Source of the DNA: Candidatus Methylomirabilia bacterium
Lineage (GTDB): Bacteria > Methylomirabilota > Methylomirabilia > Rokubacteriales > CSP1-6
Reading direction: 5' to 3'
DNA: 31,025 bases
NCBI GenBank assembly: GCA_046758965.1
Contig: JBHIBG010000027.1
Coordinates: 1-31,025 of the forward strand
Position numbers and translations under genes: made by a program. Below the pieces are notes generated by a model. That model did no database searches and was not told the origin of the DNA. It saw only the letters and a list, made by a program, of their open reading frames with translations. This document shows, one piece after another, positions 27,381 through 31,025 of this stretch (within the stretch, counting starts at the first letter, position 1; every line of letters starts with the position of its first letter).

Positions 27381-29783
27381 ATGAGGCTGGGCGAGGCCGA
27401 CACCCGGGCCAAGCTCATCGACCCGGCGATTCACGCCCGCGGCTGGACCGAGGAGCTGATCCGCCGGGAAGAGACGGCCGGGACCGTCGAGATCGTGGAC
27501 GGGAGGCCCCGGCGGCAGAGCAAGGGGCGAGTGGACTACGTCCTCCGGGTCAGGGTGAACCCCGAGACCCAGCCCGTCGCCGTCGCCATTCTCGAGACCA
27601 AGGCGGAGGCGCTCCCTCCCACTCACGGGTTGGAGCAGGCCAAGGCCTACGCCGCCTGCAAGCGTCTCAACGTGCCGTTCGCCTTTTCGAGCAACGGCCA
27701 CCTGTTCGTCGAATACGACCGGGGCAGGGGCCAGACGACGCCGCCGCGTTCCCTCACAGAGTTCCCGACCCCCGCCGACCTCAGAGCCCGCTATGAGGCG
27801 GCGGTAGGCTTCACCCTGACGGAGGCGGCCGCCCGGCCCCTCCTGGCCCGCTACACGGGCGGGGAAGCCACGCGGCGCTACTACCAGGACGCGGCCATCC
27901 GGGCGGTGCTGGAAAAGTTCGCCCGCTCCGAGAAGACCGGCCAGCCCAAGCGGGCGCTCCTGGCCCTGGCCACCGGTTCCGGCAAGACGTTCATCGCCGT
28001 CAACCTCCTGAAGCGTATCGCCGATGCCGGCCAGCTCCGGCGCGCGCTGTTTGTCTGCGATCGCGACGAGCTGCGTCTCCAGGGCCTGGCGGCCTTCCAG
28101 AACGTCTTCGGAGCCGACGCGGCCGAGGTCTACAGGAAGCCTGACGGCACCAACAACGCCCGGAACGCCCGCATTCACATCGCCACGTACCAGACCCTCG
28201 ACATCGACACCGAAGACGCCGACGCCAGCTTCCTGACGGCGTACTACCCGGAGAACTACTTCAGCCACATCGTTATCGACGAGTGTCACCGGTCGGCCTG
28301 GGGAAGGTGGTCCCAGGTCCTCACCCGCAACCCCGATGCGGTGCAGATCGGCCTTACCGCCACGCCGCGACAGATCAAGATCACCGAGAAGACCAGGGAG
28401 GCCCAGGCCGACGTCCGCCTCACCCAGGATAACCTCCGGCACTTCGGCGAGCCCGCCTACGAGTACGACATGAGTCAGGGGATCGAGGACGGCTACCTCG
28501 CCGCCTGCGAGGTTCACCGCTTCGACCTCTTCCACGACAACAAGCAGGTGAACGAGCGCGAGAGCGGCGTCACCCGGGAAGACCTCGTCGGCAAGCACCT
28601 GACCGATGCGACGACGGGTCAGGTCCTCGCCGTGGTGGAGGCCCGCCACCGCTACGACGCTCCCGACATCGAGGACAAGCTCCTCATGCCCGAGCGCGTG
28701 CAGGCCATGACCCGCGAGCTCTTCGATCGCCTGCTGGAGACCGGCAGCCCGGAGCAGAAGACGATCATCTTCTGCGCCCGCGATCGGCACGCCGACGACG
28801 TGGCTGCCGCCATGAACAACCTCTACGCCGACTGGTGCGCCCGGAACGGCAGGCCCCGCCTGGAACCGTATGCCTTCAAGTGCACTGCCTCTGTGGGCGG
28901 CGCGGACTACATCGCCGACCTGCGTGGCGGCTCCCGCCACCACTTCGTGGCCACCACGGTGGACCTGCTGACGACCGGCGTGGACGTGCCGGTGGTCCGG
29001 AACGTCGTCTTCTTCAAATATGTGCGGTCGGCGATCGCCTTCTATCAAATGGTCGGACGGGGCACCCGGCTGGACCCCGCCACCGGCAAACTGATGTTCC
29101 GGGTGGACGACTACACCGACGCGACCCGCCTGTTCGGGAAGGAGTTCGTCACCACGGCCGCGCCCCCGCGGAGGCGCCGCGAAAGGCCGGACACCGAGCC
29201 CCCGGAGCCGCCCGAGCGCACCATCCTGGTCGAGGGATTCGACGTGAGGGTCACCGACGCCGGGCGGTACGTCGTGACCCAGGTGGATGGCCGGGCGACG
29301 CCGGTCACCGTGGAGGAGTACAAGCAACGTCTCGCCGCCAGGCTCGTGGAGGAAGCCCCCACGCTGGAGACCTTCCGGAGCCGCTGGATCACGCCACCCG
29401 ACCGCCGCCAATTGCTCGGCTGTCTCCCCGACGCGGGGCGCTCTGCGTTGCTCGTTCGGGCTCTGGAAGAGATGACCGACTTCGACCTCTACGATGTCCT
29501 GGCGGAACTCGGCTACGGCCTCGCTCCCAAGCGCCGCGCCGAGCGGGCCGACGCCTTCGCCTACAAGCACGCCGCCTGGCTCTCCGGCCTGCCCGCACCC
29601 ACTTCCGGCACGCTCAAGGCCCTCGCCGGGCAGTTCGCCCGCGCCGGGACCGACGGGCTGGAGAACCCCCAGATCTTCCAAACGCCTGAGGTGGTTCGCG
29701 CCGGAGGCCTTCGGGCCCTCAAGGCCCTCGGCAAGCCGGCGGACATCCTGCACGAGACCAAAGAGCGCCTGTTCGCCGCATGA
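27381..29783 (+). CDS. hsdR: Type I restriction endonuclease subunit R (EcoAI/EcoEI-like)
   Basis: EADTRAKLIDP, nuclease D...ETK and QAKAY motifs, helicase motifs YYQ, LATGSGKT, DECHRS, GLTATP, LLTTGVD, QMVGRGTR. Confidence 0.92.
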   Translation: MRLGEADTRAKLIDPAIHARGWTEELIRREETAGTVEIVDGRPRRQSKGRVDYVLRVRVNPETQPVAVAILETKAEALPPTHGLEQAKAYAACKRLNVPFAFSSNGHLFVEYDRGRGQTTPPRSLTEFPTPADLRARYEAAVGFTLTEAAARPLLARYTGGEATRRYYQDAAIRAVLEKFARSEKTGQPKRALLALATGSGKTFIAVNLLKRIADAGQLRRALFVCDRDELRLQGLAAFQNVFGADAAEVYRKPDGTNNARNARIHIATYQTLDIDTEDADASFLTAYYPENYFSHIVIDECHRSAWGRWSQVLTRNPDAVQIGLTATPRQIKITEKTREAQADVRLTQDNLRHFGEPAYEYDMSQGIEDGYLAACEVHRFDLFHDNKQVNERESGVTREDLVGKHLTDATTGQVLAVVEARHRYDAPDIEDKLLMPERVQAMTRELFDRLLETGSPEQKTIIFCARDRHADDVAAAMNNLYADWCARNGRPRLEPYAFKCTASVGGADYIADLRGGSRHHFVATTVDLLTTGVDVPVVRNVVFFKYVRSAIAFYQMVGRGTRLDPATGKLMFRVDDYTDATRLFGKEFVTTAAPPRRRRERPDTEPPEPPERTILVEGFDVRVTDAGRYVVTQVDGRATPVTVEEYKQRLAARLVEEAPTLETFRSRWITPPDRRQLLGCLPDAGRSALLVRALEEMTDFDLYDVLAELGYGLAPKRRAERADAFAYKHAAWLSGLPAPTSGTLKALAGQFARAGTDGLENPQIFQTPEVVRAGGLRALKALGKPADILHETKERLFAA

Positions 29784-31000
29784 CGACCACAGACGTGACG
29801 CCTGCCCCCGATACCAAGCGCAAACTCCCGCCCGGCTGGCGCTGGGCGCCCCTGAGACAGGTGTGTGATGACGCAATAGAAACCCGAGATCCTCGATCAG
29901 AACCGCACAAACTGTTTCGCTACATTGACATCACCAGCGTTGACAACGTGGCCAAACGTATCGTTTCAACGCGGACCTTGCTCGGAAGAGATGCGCCAAG
30001 CCGGGCGCGCCAAGTCGTTCTAGCTGGTGACGTCATTATTTCGACCACTCGGCCCAACCTGAACGCTGCCGCGCTCGTTCAGCCTGATCTTGACAATCAG
30101 ATATGCAGCACTGGGTTTTGTATCCTGCGCACAAAAAATGATCTGGACCGGGACTACTTGTTCGCCTCCGTCCGGAGTAAGGAGTTTGTGGAGAACCTTT
30201 CTGTTTTGGTCAAGGGCGCACTCTATCCCGCAGTAACAGACAAGCAGGTCCGCGCTCAGTTCATTCCGCTCCCGCCGCTTGATGAGCAGAAGCGGATTGC
30301 GGCGATTCTCAACGAGCAGATGGCGGCGGTAGAGCGCGCGCGGGCCGCCGCCGAAGCCCGACTGGAAGCCGCCAGAGCCCTCCCCGCAGCCTACCTTCGC
30401 GCCGTCTTCAGCAGCCCCGAAGCCCAGCACTGGCCCACAACGCGACTGGGAGACTTGTGCGATTTTCAAGGCGGTACACAGCCGCCTAAGTCGGCATTCA
30501 AGCACCGACCACACCCGGGCTATGTACGGCTACTCCAAATCCAGGACTTCAAAACTGATGCGTACGCAGTCTACGTGCCGGATGATTCTCTGCTCAACAA
30601 ATGCGATGAATCCGATGTGTTGATCGGGCGATATGGGGCCTCCGTCGGCCGCATTCTCCGGGGAAAGGCAGGGGCATACAACGTTGCCATTGTGAAAACG
30701 GTTCCTGATGAAACAGCTGTCTCAAAAAATTTCCTCTTCTTCATGTTGCAAGGTGAAGGATTTCAGTCGCTTATCCTCGAAGTGAGTGCTCGCTCGGCGC
30801 AGGCAGGTTTCAACAAGGGAAACGTCAGCGAACTCGAAATTCCTCTGCCGACGCTTTCCGAACAGGAACGCATAGCGGCGCAGCTTTCACATCATTGGTC
30901 AGCGGTAGATCGGGCGTGCAAGGCGCTAGAAGAACAAGTGGCCGTGATCAACGGGCTGCCGGCGGCTCTGCTGCGCCGGGCCTTCAGCGGGGAGCTTTGA
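29780..31000 (+). CDS. hsdS: Type I restriction-modification specificity subunit S
   Basis: LPPGWRW start, two variable TRDs, repeated IPLPPLDEQKRI and IPLPTLSEQERI, terminal LLRRAFSGEL; ATGA overlap with hsdR. Confidence 0.95.
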   Translation: MTTTDVTPAPDTKRKLPPGWRWAPLRQVCDDAIETRDPRSEPHKLFRYIDITSVDNVAKRIVSTRTLLGRDAPSRARQVVLAGDVIISTTRPNLNAAALVQPDLDNQICSTGFCILRTKNDLDRDYLFASVRSKEFVENLSVLVKGALYPAVTDKQVRAQFIPLPPLDEQKRIAAILNEQMAAVERARAAAEARLEAARALPAAYLRAVFSSPEAQHWPTTRLGDLCDFQGGTQPPKSAFKHRPHPGYVRLLQIQDFKTDAYAVYVPDDSLLNKCDESDVLIGRYGASVGRILRGKAGAYNVAIVKTVPDETAVSKNFLFFMLQGEGFQSLILEVSARSAQAGFNKGNVSELEIPLPTLSEQERIAAQLSHHWSAVDRACKALEEQVAVINGLPAALLRRAFSGEL

Positions 31001-31025
31001 AAGCCCGCTTGCTAAATCCAAGGAA

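Noticed and set aside
27324..29876. 850-aa antisense ORF over hsdR
   Set aside because: Shadow ORF expected from high GC3; no recognisable motifs.
24060..31025. Defined mobile element or prophage
   Set aside because: No integrase, transposase, tRNA target or terminal repeats were recognised in the window.

Overview
GC-rich bacterial chromosomal window; the gene content and style suggest Methylomirabilota/Rokubacteria or a similar lineage, but that is inference only. It is mostly core genes: an M48 peptidase, recA-pilT-recX-alaS, an rlmI-like methyltransferase, DUF4321-maf, an orphan ABC solute-binding protein, an HhH-GPD glycosylase, rarA-ddl-murG, a large secreted TPR protein and a tungsten-type aldehyde:ferredoxin oxidoreductase. 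The centre holds a divergent polyamine locus: pdaD-speB-methyltransferase on one side and speD-speE on the other. From about 24.1 kb the window looks accessory: FprA-like reductase, CBS protein, a secreted hypothetical with a sigma54-type promoter, an unannotated ruvC pseudogene, and type I restriction genes hsdR-hsdS (no hsdM in the window). The best candidate for a new system is the polyamine locus. It combines a GGGEG-type aminopropyltransferase, a ureohydrolase with Tyr at the conserved His position, and a translationally coupled methyltransferase resembling amine N-methyltransferases. No CRISPR array, rRNA, tRNA, integrase or transposase was recognised. All motif calls were made by eye, without database searches.
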